Below are positions 51,078 through 60,604 of a DNA stretch of 64,000 bases, one piece after another. Source of the DNA: a virus (taxonomy: Duplodnaviria; Caudoviricetes). The stretch spans positions 1 to 64,000 of the IMG/VR virus record IMGVR_UViG_3300031963_009887, one strand, 5' to 3'. A program made the translations under genes and the position numbers. The notes under the pieces are model-generated. The model was given only the letters and a program-made list of their open reading frames with translations, did no database searches and was not told the origin of the DNA. Each line of letters begins with the position of its first letter. Position 1 is the first letter of the stretch.

Positions 51078-51882
51078 AAACCACCAAACAACTAAGAACA
51101 CAGGTTCTATTAACCAAGAAGAAATTTCATCATACCTTAAGGACATTCGTAAACTAAAAGTAATGACACCTGACCGTGAACGTCAACTGTCAGATTTGAT
51201 TTTAGATATAAATTGTACTGAGCGTCAAAAACAACAGATTCACAAAGAATTACTCGAAGGTAATTTACGTTTTGTAATTACAGTTGCTAAACAATACCAA
51301 AATCAAGGATTAGACCTTTCAGATTTGATTGCTGAAGGGAACTTAGGATTAATAAAAGCCATTCAAAACTTCGATTGGACTAAAAAATTACGTTTTATTT
51401 CATACGCTGTTTGGTGGGTTAAACAATCAATCTTACAATCCCTTAATGAAAACGCACGAACAATTCGTCTTCCTGTAAATGTGGTTCAAGAGCTACACAG
51501 GGCAAAGAAAGAAGTCGATAAAGGTATTTCGGAACTCGACAGTAGATTAGCCACACTCCCAACTACAATTAATTTGCAACAAACAATTAATGAAGATGGT
51601 GATACACTTTTGGATATGATTATTAACCAAAACGCTTCAATGCCTGACGAAGGGTTGAATACTGAGGAAATGTTAAAAGAAAAACTACTTTCCATTTTGA
51701 GCATCTTGGATGAACGTGAAAGAATTATTGTTGAGGACTATTTTGGACTAACTGGAACTCCAAGAACACTTGAAGACATCGGTAATGATTTTAAATTGAC
51801 TAAGGAAAGAGTTCGTCAAATTAAAGAAAAAGCGTTACGTAAATTACGTAATGAGTGTTCAACATTATTTGACTATTTATAA
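51055..51882 (+). CDS. RNA polymerase sigma-70 factor (RpoD/SigA-like, lacking region 1.1)
   Basis: ISSYLKDI (region 1.2), GNLRFVITVAKQY, EGNLGLIKA, RFISYAVWW and TLEDIG...TKERVRQI (region 4.2 HTH). Confidence 0.95.
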   Translation: MTTPELSKNHQTTKNTGSINQEEISSYLKDIRKLKVMTPDRERQLSDLILDINCTERQKQQIHKELLEGNLRFVITVAKQYQNQGLDLSDLIAEGNLGLIKAIQNFDWTKKLRFISYAVWWVKQSILQSLNENARTIRLPVNVVQELHRAKKEVDKGISELDSRLATLPTTINLQQTINEDGDTLLDMIINQNASMPDEGLNTEEMLKEKLLSILSILDERERIIVEDYFGLTGTPRTLEDIGNDFKLTKERVRQIKEKALRKLRNECSTLFDYL

Positions 51883-51912
51883 AAATTTGGTATTTATTAA
51901 TAAAAAAACATT

Positions 51913-52173
51913 ATGAAAAAGATTAAAGAAAATTTAGAGTGGATTCTTTTGGTCGTTTTAGTACTGGTATTATTCCGTACTTGTGGAACAGGTTCTGAAG
52001 TTTCAAGATTAAAAAAACAAGTTGATTCTATTAACTCAAAAATTGTTACAGAACAAAAGATGAAAGAAATTATCAAGACAACACCTAATTGGAAAACTCT
52101 TGAAATTGAAGAACTTAGTGACAAGGAACACGTTCCGATTAATCACTATAAAAACGAAGAAGATAAAAAATAA
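51913..52173 (+). CDS. Single-TM membrane protein
   Basis: WILLVVLVLVLFRTC followed by a coiled coil. Confidence 0.65.
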   Translation: MKKIKENLEWILLVVLVLVLFRTCGTGSEVSRLKKQVDSINSKIVTEQKMKEIIKTTPNWKTLEIEELSDKEHVPINHYKNEEDKK

Positions 52174-52985
52174 TGAAGAACTTGAAGAATTGGGTTAGAG
52201 AAAATCTAAAAGGAATTATTGCTACGTCATTTACAATTCCTATTTTATTAGTTGCCTTTGTTTCCATTAGTCACGTAACAACTTTTTATGGTTTAACTAA
52301 CCCTTTTTCTTGGGCAATTTATTTGTCCGTAGCAATTGAAATTGCCGCTCTTGGAGCACTTGCTGGTATTTCAGCGAACATGGGTAGATTTGTCTATGTT
52401 CCATTTTTGATTGTAACTTTTATTCAGTTTGTTGGTAACGTATTTTTTGCTTATTCATTTATTAATCAGACAAGTGATTTATTTAAACAATGGGTCGAAT
52501 TATCGGGTCCGTTACTCGAAACATTTGGAGTTGACATTACAGACATGTTAGCACAAAAAAGATGGTTAGCTTTAATTTCAGGTGGAATGTTACCATTAAT
52601 ATCCTTAACATTTGCACACATGTTGGTTAAGTATTCTGAACAAACAAAAATTGAAACTATACCAATGGTCGAAGTTACCGATGAAATTATTGATGAGATA
52701 TCTAAAGAAGCTGGTAAAAAAGAAAAAGAAATTGTTGAAAAATATCAACCATACATACCAACTCAAGATGATTTGAATAAATTACAAGAGTTATTCGAAA
52801 AAAAATACAATCAAAAGACTGAAATTAATGAACCAGTAACTGATACTGTAAATGATACTGTAAATGATACTGTAAATGAAGTTATACCTCCTACACCTAC
52901 ACCATCAGAACAATTATACTTTGTAGATGACGAACCTGTTATTGAACCACAAATAAACAGATTAGTTTATACGAAGAATGACTGA
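52173..52985 (+). CDS. Multi-pass membrane protein (possible holin/lysis-associated)
   Basis: Three to four hydrophobic helices, then an acidic tail; sits upstream of the amidase-like gene. Confidence 0.55.
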   Translation: MKNLKNWVRENLKGIIATSFTIPILLVAFVSISHVTTFYGLTNPFSWAIYLSVAIEIAALGALAGISANMGRFVYVPFLIVTFIQFVGNVFFAYSFINQTSDLFKQWVELSGPLLETFGVDITDMLAQKRWLALISGGMLPLISLTFAHMLVKYSEQTKIETIPMVEVTDEIIDEISKEAGKKEKEIVEKYQPYIPTQDDLNKLQELFEKKYNQKTEINEPVTDTVNDTVNDTVNEVIPPTPTPSEQLYFVDDEPVIEPQINRLVYTKND

Positions 52986-53538
52986 ATCAAAAAAGAAAAA
53001 ATTAATAATTTTAAGCCACACATCAAGGGTGGGAAAAGATTATTTAACGTCACTAGATTTTAGAAATAATGGGAAGTATGACCGACTTCCCAATTATGTT
53101 ATATTAAAGGATGGTTCAGTTGTTGAGACATTATCACCTGAAAAATCCTCAGAGTTTTTAGAAGATAAAAAACTTGGTGATAAATCAATTGTTATTTGTT
53201 TAGAAAACTTAGGTTGGGTAAATAAAAATTTACTATCAACAACTTATTCAAATTGGTTGGGAAACAAAGTTACAGATGTTCATGAAAGAAAATGGAGAAA
53301 CAAATATTTTTGGGACAAATACAGTGAAGAACAATTACAAAGTTTGGTTAAATTGTGTACTACATTATGTGAAGAATTCAAAATACCAAAAAAATTTATA
53401 GGTCATAATACCAAATTAAACGGGGTTGAAAAATTCAACGGAATAATTAATAGAAGTAATTTGTCAGAAGATTACACAGATTTGTCGCCAGCTTTCAACT
53501 TCGTATATTTATTAGAAAACTTTAATGATGAACAATAA
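52978..53538 (+). CDS. Amidase_2 (N-acetylmuramoyl-L-alanine amidase)-fold protein, possibly non-catalytic
   Basis: IILSHT, YVILKDGSV, YSEEQLQSL..LC..LC..F.IP and TDLSP.F match the fold. Confidence 0.7.
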   Translation: MTESKKKKLIILSHTSRVGKDYLTSLDFRNNGKYDRLPNYVILKDGSVVETLSPEKSSEFLEDKKLGDKSIVICLENLGWVNKNLLSTTYSNWLGNKVTDVHERKWRNKYFWDKYSEEQLQSLVKLCTTLCEEFKIPKKFIGHNTKLNGVEKFNGIINRSNLSEDYTDLSPAFNFVYLLENFNDEQ

Positions 53539-54055
53539 TCAATACGACGAAATTAAAGACCTTTTGAAAAGGTCAAGATTACTAACAGAACAACCAATAG
53601 GTGCACCAAATATCGGTGCTGATATTGAAGAAAAAATTGACCAAGATGAACAAAAAACACCAAAAGACCAATACAAAAAGTATAGAGTTTCAGGTGGTAT
53701 CTTAGTTATTCATGGTACAAACGCTACTGAAACATCAATCACTACTGATGATAAAACAACATTCCAAGAGACAATGGACGAATTTGTTTCTGAAGTATCT
53801 GATTTGACAGATTTTGGTCCTTTAAACTTGTATAAAAATTCTGTAGAATGGAGTGGTAAAATTATTGACCACGATATTGAATTTTTTATGACAATTGGTG
53901 AACAAAATGGTGTATATATTAATGGTAACCAATTAAAACTCGACGAGAAGTTTATGGATACTATTAGTAAACTAACAGGATATTATGAGAAGTTCAAATC
54001 TAAATGGGCTAAGGTAATTGCCGGAAGAAAGAAAACATCAGTAAAGGAAAATTAA
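53525..54055 (+). CDS. Hypothetical protein
   Basis: 176-aa ORF; N-terminal ...RLLTE motif. Confidence 0.65.
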   Translation: MMNNNQYDEIKDLLKRSRLLTEQPIGAPNIGADIEEKIDQDEQKTPKDQYKKYRVSGGILVIHGTNATETSITTDDKTTFQETMDEFVSEVSDLTDFGPLNLYKNSVEWSGKIIDHDIEFFMTIGEQNGVYINGNQLKLDEKFMDTISKLTGYYEKFKSKWAKVIAGRKKTSVKEN

Positions 54056-54056
54056 T

Positions 54057-54401
54057 ATGAAAAGAACAATTATTGAAATTGTTGTGGTATTGTTATTCAT
54101 TGGTTATATCATTATGACCCAACCTAAACCTGTTAATTTATCTAAAGTCAATGATTTGGAAAAACAATGTGATTCATTAAATCTTCTGATTGGAAAAAAT
54201 AAATTAATGGTTGATAGTATTGCAGAAGAGACTAAAAAACTTCACGACAAAAATTTACAACTTAATAATAAACTTGGTGATTTAAACCAAAAAACAAAAA
54301 AATTAAAAGAACAACATGAAAAAGATATTGCTCATCTTAACAGTCTTTCTGACAATGATGTCGCCGATTTATTCGCAAAAGAGTTCGCCGAACTTAAGTA
54401 A
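54057..54401 (+). CDS. N-terminal TM + coiled coil (i-spanin-like)
   Basis: IIEIVVVLLFIGYII then heptads; overlaps the next gene by 86 nt. Confidence 0.5.
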   Translation: MKRTIIEIVVVLLFIGYIIMTQPKPVNLSKVNDLEKQCDSLNLLIGKNKLMVDSIAEETKKLHDKNLQLNNKLGDLNQKTKKLKEQHEKDIAHLNSLSDNDVADLFAKEFAELK

Positions 54402-54726
54402 AGATAGTTGTATAGTTCCTGTATCAACATTGAGAAATGCTTTATTGGTACTACAACAAAGAAATAATTGTTATGAAGAAATAAAAATTGTTAGAGATTC
54501 AGTTTCAATTATGAGTCAACAATTAGTATTGAAAGATTCAATCATTAGTAACAACAACGAAACAATAAACCTTTATATTGACAGTGAAAAAAAATATATT
54601 GAAACTGTTAAATTAAAAGAATCAATTGCTGAAGAATACAAACGAGCGTACATTAAACAAAGAAACCTTAAGTGGGGTGGAATTGCTATTGGTACAATAG
54701 GTGTTATTTTTGCAGTCATTAAATAA
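54316..54726 (+). CDS. Secreted coiled-coil protein with C-terminal TM (spanin-partner-like)
   Basis: Signal peptide MKKILLILTVFLTMMSPIYS|Q and C-terminal WGGIAIGTIGVIFAV; no lipobox. Confidence 0.5.
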   Translation: MKKILLILTVFLTMMSPIYSQKSSPNLSKDSCIVPVSTLRNALLVLQQRNNCYEEIKIVRDSVSIMSQQLVLKDSIISNNNETINLYIDSEKKYIETVKLKESIAEEYKRAYIKQRNLKWGGIAIGTIGVIFAVIK

Positions 54727-54733
54727 GTTTAAT

Positions 54734-55414
54734 ATGAATATTGTAACAAAACAATTTCAAGATAGTTTACAAAAGGTAGGTGCACAATTAACATCACCTG
54801 AAGCTAAAAAACAAGTTAGGGACTTGTATAGTAAAATTGAGACTAAAGAGACTACAAGTACTGGTGGTGGGGGTTATGAAGGACCATTATCGGGACCTAA
54901 AATGTCTATGTGGGCTGATGAGGCACCAAAGAAAATTCAAGCAAAAGGTGGACCTGTTGAAGAAGAAAAAGAATTAGACGAAAAATGGTCTGAAAAGTAT
55001 AAAAAAAGTATTAATTGTAATAACCCAAAAGGATTCAGTCAAAAAGCTCATTGTCAAGGTAAAAAGAAACATATGAAAGAAGAAGACACCGAAATTGAAA
55101 AAGGTGAATTCAAAGAAGCAACTGGTTCGGCGTCATCAGGTTCATATGTTGGTGCTTCTTTTTTAGCTAAAAACAGTAAGAATTGGAGAGGTGGTGCAAA
55201 ACCATTATACAAAGGTGGAAAATTTGTTAGGGTTAAAAAGAAATGTAAGAATTTCCCATATTGTAATCAGGGTGATATTAAAGCTTTGAAAATGTGGGAA
55301 GACAATAATTTAACGGAAGCAATTAAAAACGTTGCAAAAAATAAAAATATTCATGAAAATATTGTAAGAGCAATACTTTTACACGAGATTGAAGAAACTA
55401 TTTTCAAGGATTAA
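54734..55414 (+). CDS. Modular hypothetical protein, probable head-internal
   Basis: Start moved to ATG 54734; modules LDEKWSEKYKKSINCNNPKGFSQKAHCQGKKK and KCKNFPYCNQG. Confidence 0.6.
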   Translation: MNIVTKQFQDSLQKVGAQLTSPEAKKQVRDLYSKIETKETTSTGGGGYEGPLSGPKMSMWADEAPKKIQAKGGPVEEEKELDEKWSEKYKKSINCNNPKGFSQKAHCQGKKKHMKEEDTEIEKGEFKEATGSASSGSYVGASFLAKNSKNWRGGAKPLYKGGKFVRVKKKCKNFPYCNQGDIKALKMWEDNNLTEAIKNVAKNKNIHENIVRAILLHEIEETIFKD

Positions 55415-55439
55415 ACTATTTATATAGAAATAAATTAAC

Positions 55440-57236
55440 ATGGAAAACAAAATTTTAAATTTACTTAAGAAGATTATCAAGGAAGATGAAGATACTTTCA
55501 TTGATATTACTGATATGGATGACGATTCTGCTGCTGAAACAGTTATATCTAAAAAAGATATATTTAAGAAATTAAGAGATAAGATGTCAGATAAAGATAG
55601 AACACCAGCTGGGTTTGAATACGGTGAGATTGTTTCAGGTGAAATGGGTGAAGAAAACATATTCAAGAAAATGTTTGGTAAAAAAGAAGACCCTGAAGTT
55701 GCTCGTGAAAAAGACAGAAAAGAAAACCCATATTTAGGAAATTTAGGATATGACTATGACGATATTAGGGGTTGGCACTATGTTGGACCTGGTCAGGGTA
55801 GATTTGACAACAGAGACTCAGAAGATATGGAAATTGAAGAAGGTATGTATGGTTCATTTGGTGACCCTAAAAGAAAAGATTTTAAAGGTGATGAATACCG
55901 TGACGAAAAAGACAGACCAGTTAGAAGTGGAGATATCTATGGTATAGGTGGTGATGATTTTGATACTGAAGAATTTGATACTTTTAAACAATTATATGAC
56001 AAATATGGTGATAAACAATCTTGGTTTAATAAAAGAGATGGTGAAACAATGTTTAACAAATATAGAGAAATGACAGGTAAACCATTTAAGGTAAAAACAA
56101 GAAAAAATGAAATTGGTGAAGCTATGTATGGTTCATTTGGTGACCCTAAAAGAAAAGATTTTAAAGGTGATGAATACCGTGACGAAAAAGACAGACCGGT
56201 TAGAAGTGGAGATATCTATGGTATAGGTGGTGATGATTTTGATACTGAAGAATTTGATACTTTTCAGCAATTATATGACAAATATGGCGATAAACAATCT
56301 TGGTTTAATAAAAGAAATGGTGAAACAATGTTTAACAAATATAGAGAAATGACAGGTAAACCATTTAAGGTAAAAACAAGAAAAAATGAAATGGGTGAAA
56401 ACGAAGTGGGGGAAGGTAACGCATTTTCAGGAGCTTTAGCAAATGCTAAAAAAGATGGTAAAAGTTCTTTTGAAGTTGACGGAAAAACATATCAAGTAAA
56501 AGAAAGTAAAAATAAAAATACTAAAGAAAAAGTTGTTTTTACAGAATCTGAATTAATTAACTTTATTGAAAGATTAGTTGAAGCTGAAAAAGTTGTAGAC
56601 AAAGGGTTTAAAACCGCAATGAATACAACTAAGAAAGAAAATACAGATGCTATGAAACAAGTAGCGGCTAAAATGAAGGATTACATGAAAAACATGGGTA
56701 CTGAATATGAAGAAAACCCACAGTCATTTCCTAAAGGTAATAAAATTATGTCAAGAGAAGATTTTGGTAAAGAAGTTTCTGATGACAAGAAAAATGCTTA
56801 TGACGCATCGAACGCTGTAGATGAATATATAGATGCTTTCGCGTATCCTGGTCAAACAAATTTAGTATTTGATGAAATCAAACCTGATGATACTAAAATT
56901 GAAAAGTACTTAAAAGGTCACTCAACTACTGGTAACGCACAAGTTGATGAAGACGGTAACGCTTTAGGTAATGTAGTACCAAGTGAAGTAGGTGAAAAAT
57001 TCTACAAGAATTATAAAGAAAATTTATATGGTGCAGAACAAATGAACGCATCTTATAAGAGACAACCAGCACCTGTTGACATTGCTGGTAGTGAAAAATC
57101 AAACGGTAATTTGAAATCGTTGAAAGCAACACAACAAATTTTTAACAAGCTTGAAGAGTCAGTTGAAAACAAAAAAGTAATCAGTGATATGGAAAAAATG
57201 AAAAATCTTATTGATTACAACAGAAAAACTCAATAA
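55440..57236 (+). CDS. Acidic modular protein with a 93-aa tandem duplication, probable prohead core/internal protein
   Basis: 598 aa; repeated E[IMV][GE]E motifs; TATTTATA upstream. Confidence 0.65.
   Translation: MENKILNLLKKIIKEDEDTFIDITDMDDDSAAETVISKKDIFKKLRDKMSDKDRTPAGFEYGEIVSGEMGEENIFKKMFGKKEDPEVAREKDRKENPYLGNLGYDYDDIRGWHYVGPGQGRFDNRDSEDMEIEEGMYGSFGDPKRKDFKGDEYRDEKDRPVRSGDIYGIGGDDFDTEEFDTFKQLYDKYGDKQSWFNKRDGETMFNKYREMTGKPFKVKTRKNEIGEAMYGSFGDPKRKDFKGDEYRDEKDRPVRSGDIYGIGGDDFDTEEFDTFQQLYDKYGDKQSWFNKRNGETMFNKYREMTGKPFKVKTRKNEMGENEVGEGNAFSGALANAKKDGKSSFEVDGKTYQVKESKNKNTKEKVVFTESELINFIERLVEAEKVVDKGFKTAMNTTKKENTDAMKQVAAKMKDYMKNMGTEYEENPQSFPKGNKIMSREDFGKEVSDDKKNAYDASNAVDEYIDAFAYPGQTNLVFDEIKPDDTKIEKYLKGHSTTGNAQVDEDGNALGNVVPSEVGEKFYKNYKENLYGAEQMNASYKRQPAPVDIAGSEKSNGNLKSLKATQQIFNKLEESVENKKVISDMEKMKNLIDYNRKTQ
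55845..56399 (+). repeat. Direct tandem duplication, period 279 nt
   Basis: 55845-56120 versus 56124-56399; 6 mismatches by manual comparison. Confidence 0.95.
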
Positions 57237-57283
57237 AAAATTTAATCTTTTCTTTATTTGGTCCATAGGTATATTTCTTTATA

Positions 57284-57769
57284 ATGAAGAAGTATAATAT
57301 GGACCAATTTTTTAATTGGCTAGCTAAACCGATGAACTACGAAGAAATTGATGCTTGGTATAAAGCAAACAATATTATTCCTGAATTAAGTGATTTATTC
57401 AGAGATTTTTGTTTCTCATTACTTAACTTGGTTCAAGACACTTATTTAGGTGATACATCCAATGACAATAAAGAAACCAATATTGGATTAACTTTAGAAG
57501 ATAAAGAATCACATTTCATTTGGTGTTGGAATAAAACAGTTGAAAACTTTTCAAAAGAAAACATATTCTTTGTTAAAACTGACGAGAGTTATGAATACTT
57601 CAAAAGTTTTTTTATGGATGTATTTTATAACCAAGACCAAGAAGTTGTCAAAAATTCTTTAAATGATTTTTTTACATCAATATTCTCGAGAAAAAATCAA
57701 CATTCAAAATCTGATATTGAGATGTTTACTGAGTTGTACAAACTATTAGAAAAAAGTTTAGAAGTTTAA
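57284..57769 (+). CDS. Hypothetical protein
   Basis: 161-aa ORF in operon orientation. Confidence 0.65.
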   Translation: MKKYNMDQFFNWLAKPMNYEEIDAWYKANNIIPELSDLFRDFCFSLLNLVQDTYLGDTSNDNKETNIGLTLEDKESHFIWCWNKTVENFSKENIFFVKTDESYEYFKSFFMDVFYNQDQEVVKNSLNDFFTSIFSRKNQHSKSDIEMFTELYKLLEKSLEV

Positions 57770-57851
57770 TTTTTCTTTATTCTCTTTACTACCAGCATAA
57801 TAAAATTAAAATTATCTAAAATAAAAAATAAATTAAAAAACAATTATAAAG

Positions 57852-58028
57852 ATGGAAACATTAGAAAAAATCAAAGTTCTTGTTGAAACATTGTCAGTTG
57901 ATACTAACAAATTTTACGCAGGAAACAAATCAGCGGGAACAAGAGCAAGAAAAACTTGTCAAGAGTTGAAAGCATTAGCACAAGCACTAAGAGCTGAAAT
58001 TTTGGATTCAAAGAAAGATGGTGAATAA
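57852..58028 (+). CDS. Histone H1-like (Hc1-family) nucleoid protein, missed by the ORF track
   Basis: Hand-translated METLEKIKVLVETLSVDTNKFYAGNKSAGTRARKTCQELKALAQALRAEI...; GNK.AGTRARK is the Hc1 signature. Confidence 0.85.
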   Translation: METLEKIKVLVETLSVDTNKFYAGNKSAGTRARKTCQELKALAQALRAEILDSKKDGE

Positions 58029-58209
58029 TATTTTATATTATATTGCAACATTTGTATTTGTATTCTCAATTCTGAGTTTACTCAGATTATCTATTAGATT
58101 TGTAAGTTCTCTCATCTCATTCACTAAAATGGAGATGAGTTTGGGGGAACTTACATACTATGGTTTGACATTGTCGTATTTAATTACTTATATTGTTTTT
58201 GGACTATGA
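58018..58209 (+). CDS. Small two-TM membrane protein
   Basis: 63 aa, two hydrophobic stretches. Confidence 0.55.
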   Translation: MVNNILYYIATFVFVFSILSLLRLSIRFVSSLISFTKMEMSLGELTYYGLTLSYLITYIVFGL

Positions 58210-58607
58210 GTTTATACAAAGAAATTGAAAACATTGTTGATTATTGTGCATCGATAAGAAAACTTAAAACTTATTTAAGTTTTGATATGGTATTTCCTGC
58301 GAGTTGGGCGGTATTAAAAAGTCAGGTTGATGAAACCAAAACAGTATTCAATAAATCTGACGATAAAAGTAAAAACATTTCGTTTGTTTCTGAAATAAAC
58401 GAAGAATCAATATCTGAAACAATCAATAATATTGAAACAGTTATTAATTACAATAAGGAGAAAGAGGAAAAAGAAAGACTTTTCAAAGAAAAGGTTAATG
58501 AATTAAAAACTTTATTTGAAAAAGGTGGATTGGAAGATTTGAAAAATTTAAAATTTGACGTAGATGACATCCCAAAACTCGAATCAGAACAAGAATCCAT
58601 ATCTTGA
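58206..58607 (+). CDS. Hypothetical protein
   Basis: 133-aa ORF, translationally coupled (ATGA overlap). Confidence 0.6.
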   Translation: MSLYKEIENIVDYCASIRKLKTYLSFDMVFPASWAVLKSQVDETKTVFNKSDDKSKNISFVSEINEESISETINNIETVINYNKEKEEKERLFKEKVNELKTLFEKGGLEDLKNLKFDVDDIPKLESEQESIS

Positions 58608-58791
58608 TAAATTATTGGATTGGTATGACAAGTCAAAACTTCAGGACCAAAATGAAATCCAATTACAAAAAGAAAATTTTGTTAAAAGCTTAAAAACTAT
58701 TAATAAAGAAGATATTAAAAATACAATTGATATTGAACCAACAGACATTTCGTTATGGAAGAGAATAAAGAAAACTCTAGGGATTGGTTAA
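58564..58791 (+). CDS. Hypothetical protein
   Basis: 75-aa ORF overlapping its neighbours. Confidence 0.5.
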   Translation: MTSQNSNQNKNPYLDKLLDWYDKSKLQDQNEIQLQKENFVKSLKTINKEDIKNTIDIEPTDISLWKRIKKTLGIG

Positions 58792-58979
58792 CACAGTTGG
58801 CTGAACTAACAGAATCAATTGAAAATACATTTATTTCAGGACACAGCAAGATTATAGTGGAATTACCTGAAGAAAAATTTAGAAAATTACAAACTAATTT
58901 TAGGGAAATTGACAAAGGAAATAATGAAATTGTTATTTCGATTTCAGACGTTGATTTTACTTTCGTTCTGAAAAAGTAG
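58755..58979 (+). CDS. Hypothetical protein
   Basis: 74-aa ORF overlapping its neighbours. Confidence 0.5.
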   Translation: MEENKENSRDWLTQLAELTESIENTFISGHSKIIVELPEEKFRKLQTNFREIDKGNNEIVISISDVDFTFVLKK

Positions 58980-59598
58980 TAGATTGTCTATACAATCTTT
59001 TTTTATCTATACCCAATTTTTCCAAATGTTCATACAGATACTTTCTTTGTATAGTATCCATGTCTTTAACAAATATTGCGTCTGCCCTTTTTAACCTAAT
59101 AAATTCATCCTGTAATAACATTAATAACCTTTGTGACTCATCAACATTTTTCAATGAATATATTGATGTATCATCGTCTTTTTGAATGACAATTTTATTA
59201 TTAACGGTAAAAACATTCTTTAAATCTTTGTTGGTAAAATGTTTTTTAAAGAATTCATCATATGTAATTCTTTTATTTGTTGACCAATCCTGTAATTTTT
59301 CAGGTATTCTATATTTGTGAATTTTAATTATCTGTAAATCAGAATCATCAAGGTTTACCCTAACATTTCTACCAATATCATCTTGAGAGAATAATTGAAA
59401 TTGGGTATCAATAGTTTTAGATAATAAACCAACTTCATACGTTACATCCAATGAGTTTTCAACCTCAACATTAAACTTTACTTGGTCAGATTGCTCACAA
59501 ATTTTCTTAAAATACAATTCCGCAACATTTTTTCTAACAAAAGATTTGATGATTTTTTTTCTTTTCTTATTCTTAAACAATACAACAATGTAATTCAT
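58957..59598 (-). CDS. Hypothetical protein
   Basis: 213-aa ORF, back-to-back with dnaJ. Confidence 0.65.
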   Translation of the reverse strand: MNYIVVLFKNKKRKKIIKSFVRKNVAELYFKKICEQSDQVKFNVEVENSLDVTYEVGLLSKTIDTQFQLFSQDDIGRNVRVNLDDSDLQIIKIHKYRIPEKLQDWSTNKRITYDEFFKKHFTNKDLKNVFTVNNKIVIQKDDDTSIYSLKNVDESQRLLMLLQDEFIRLKRADAIFVKDMDTIQRKYLYEHLEKLGIDKKRLYRQSTTFSERK

Positions 59599-60604
59599 GA
59601 AAGATTTCTACTCAATATTAGGTGTTAATGAAAAAGCTTCCCAAGAGGAAATAAAGAAAGCCTATAGGAAATTAAGTAAGCAATTCCACCCAGATGTAAA
59701 CCCTGAAGGTGCTGATAGGTTTAAGGAAATAGCTGAAGCGTATGACACAATTGGTACTGAATCAAAAAGACAAGAATATGATAATAAAAAAAACAACCCA
59801 TTTGGCGGTATGTTTAATGGTTCAGGTGGTGGAGGTATGGATGACTTGTTTTCAATGTTTAACGGTGGATTTAATCCATTTCAACAAAGGAGAAGACAAA
59901 GAGCTCCTGACAAAGTATTGAACGTACATGTAACACCCTCTGAATCAATGTTGGGGTCAAACAAAAAGATTAATTACCACAAAAAAGAACAATGTAGCGT
60001 TTGTAGTGGTAATGGTGGAAAACGTGAACAATGTATGACTTGTCAAGGAAGGGGTGTTGTTCAACAACAGTTTAATTTTGGTGGTCAGATACACGTTCAG
60101 ACCCACGATTGTCCATCTTGTAAGGGTCAGGGTTCAGTATTGATTGAAACGTGTTTTACGTGCAATGGCAATGGTCACAAACCAACATTTGCATCCATAG
60201 ATATTAATATACCACGTTCATTAGACAATGGTGATTTCTTGAGGGTTCCAAATGCCGGTGATTATCAAAATAGTGTTGGGGTTGGTGATTTGGTAATTCA
60301 AATCAGATTAAACCCTGATGAAAATTTTGAGAAAATTGGCGCTGACTTATATGCTAACATAAGAGTATCACCAGAAGATTTTATAACTGAAAATAGTTTT
60401 AAAATACCACACCCTGAAGGTGAGTTAATGATTAAGGTACCTGTTGATACTTTAACAACTGAAAAACCATTGAGAATTAAAGGTAAAGGATATTATATCA
60501 ATGAAGGAAGGGGTGATTTGATAGTCAAAATACATGTGAATCGTTCATTGAGTAAAATTACTGAAGAACAAAAAGAAAAAATCTTGAGTATATTAAAAAA
60601 GTGA
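59597..60604 (+). CDS. dnaJ: DnaJ chaperone (class A: J domain + Zn finger + C-terminal domain)
   Basis: FHPDVN (HPD) and four CxxCxGxG repeats (CSVCSGNG, CMTCQGRG, CPSCKGQG, CFTCNGNG). Confidence 0.95.
   Translation: MKDFYSILGVNEKASQEEIKKAYRKLSKQFHPDVNPEGADRFKEIAEAYDTIGTESKRQEYDNKKNNPFGGMFNGSGGGGMDDLFSMFNGGFNPFQQRRRQRAPDKVLNVHVTPSESMLGSNKKINYHKKEQCSVCSGNGGKREQCMTCQGRGVVQQQFNFGGQIHVQTHDCPSCKGQGSVLIETCFTCNGNGHKPTFASIDINIPRSLDNGDFLRVPNAGDYQNSVGVGDLVIQIRLNPDENFEKIGADLYANIRVSPEDFITENSFKIPHPEGELMIKVPVDTLTTEKPLRIKGKGYYINEGRGDLIVKIHVNRSLSKITEEQKEKILSILKK

Noticed and set aside
55845-56399. Repeats as a CRISPR array or DGR template/variable pair
   Set aside because: A two-copy in-frame coding duplication with no spacers; mismatches are not confined to adenines, and no reverse transcriptase is seen in the window.
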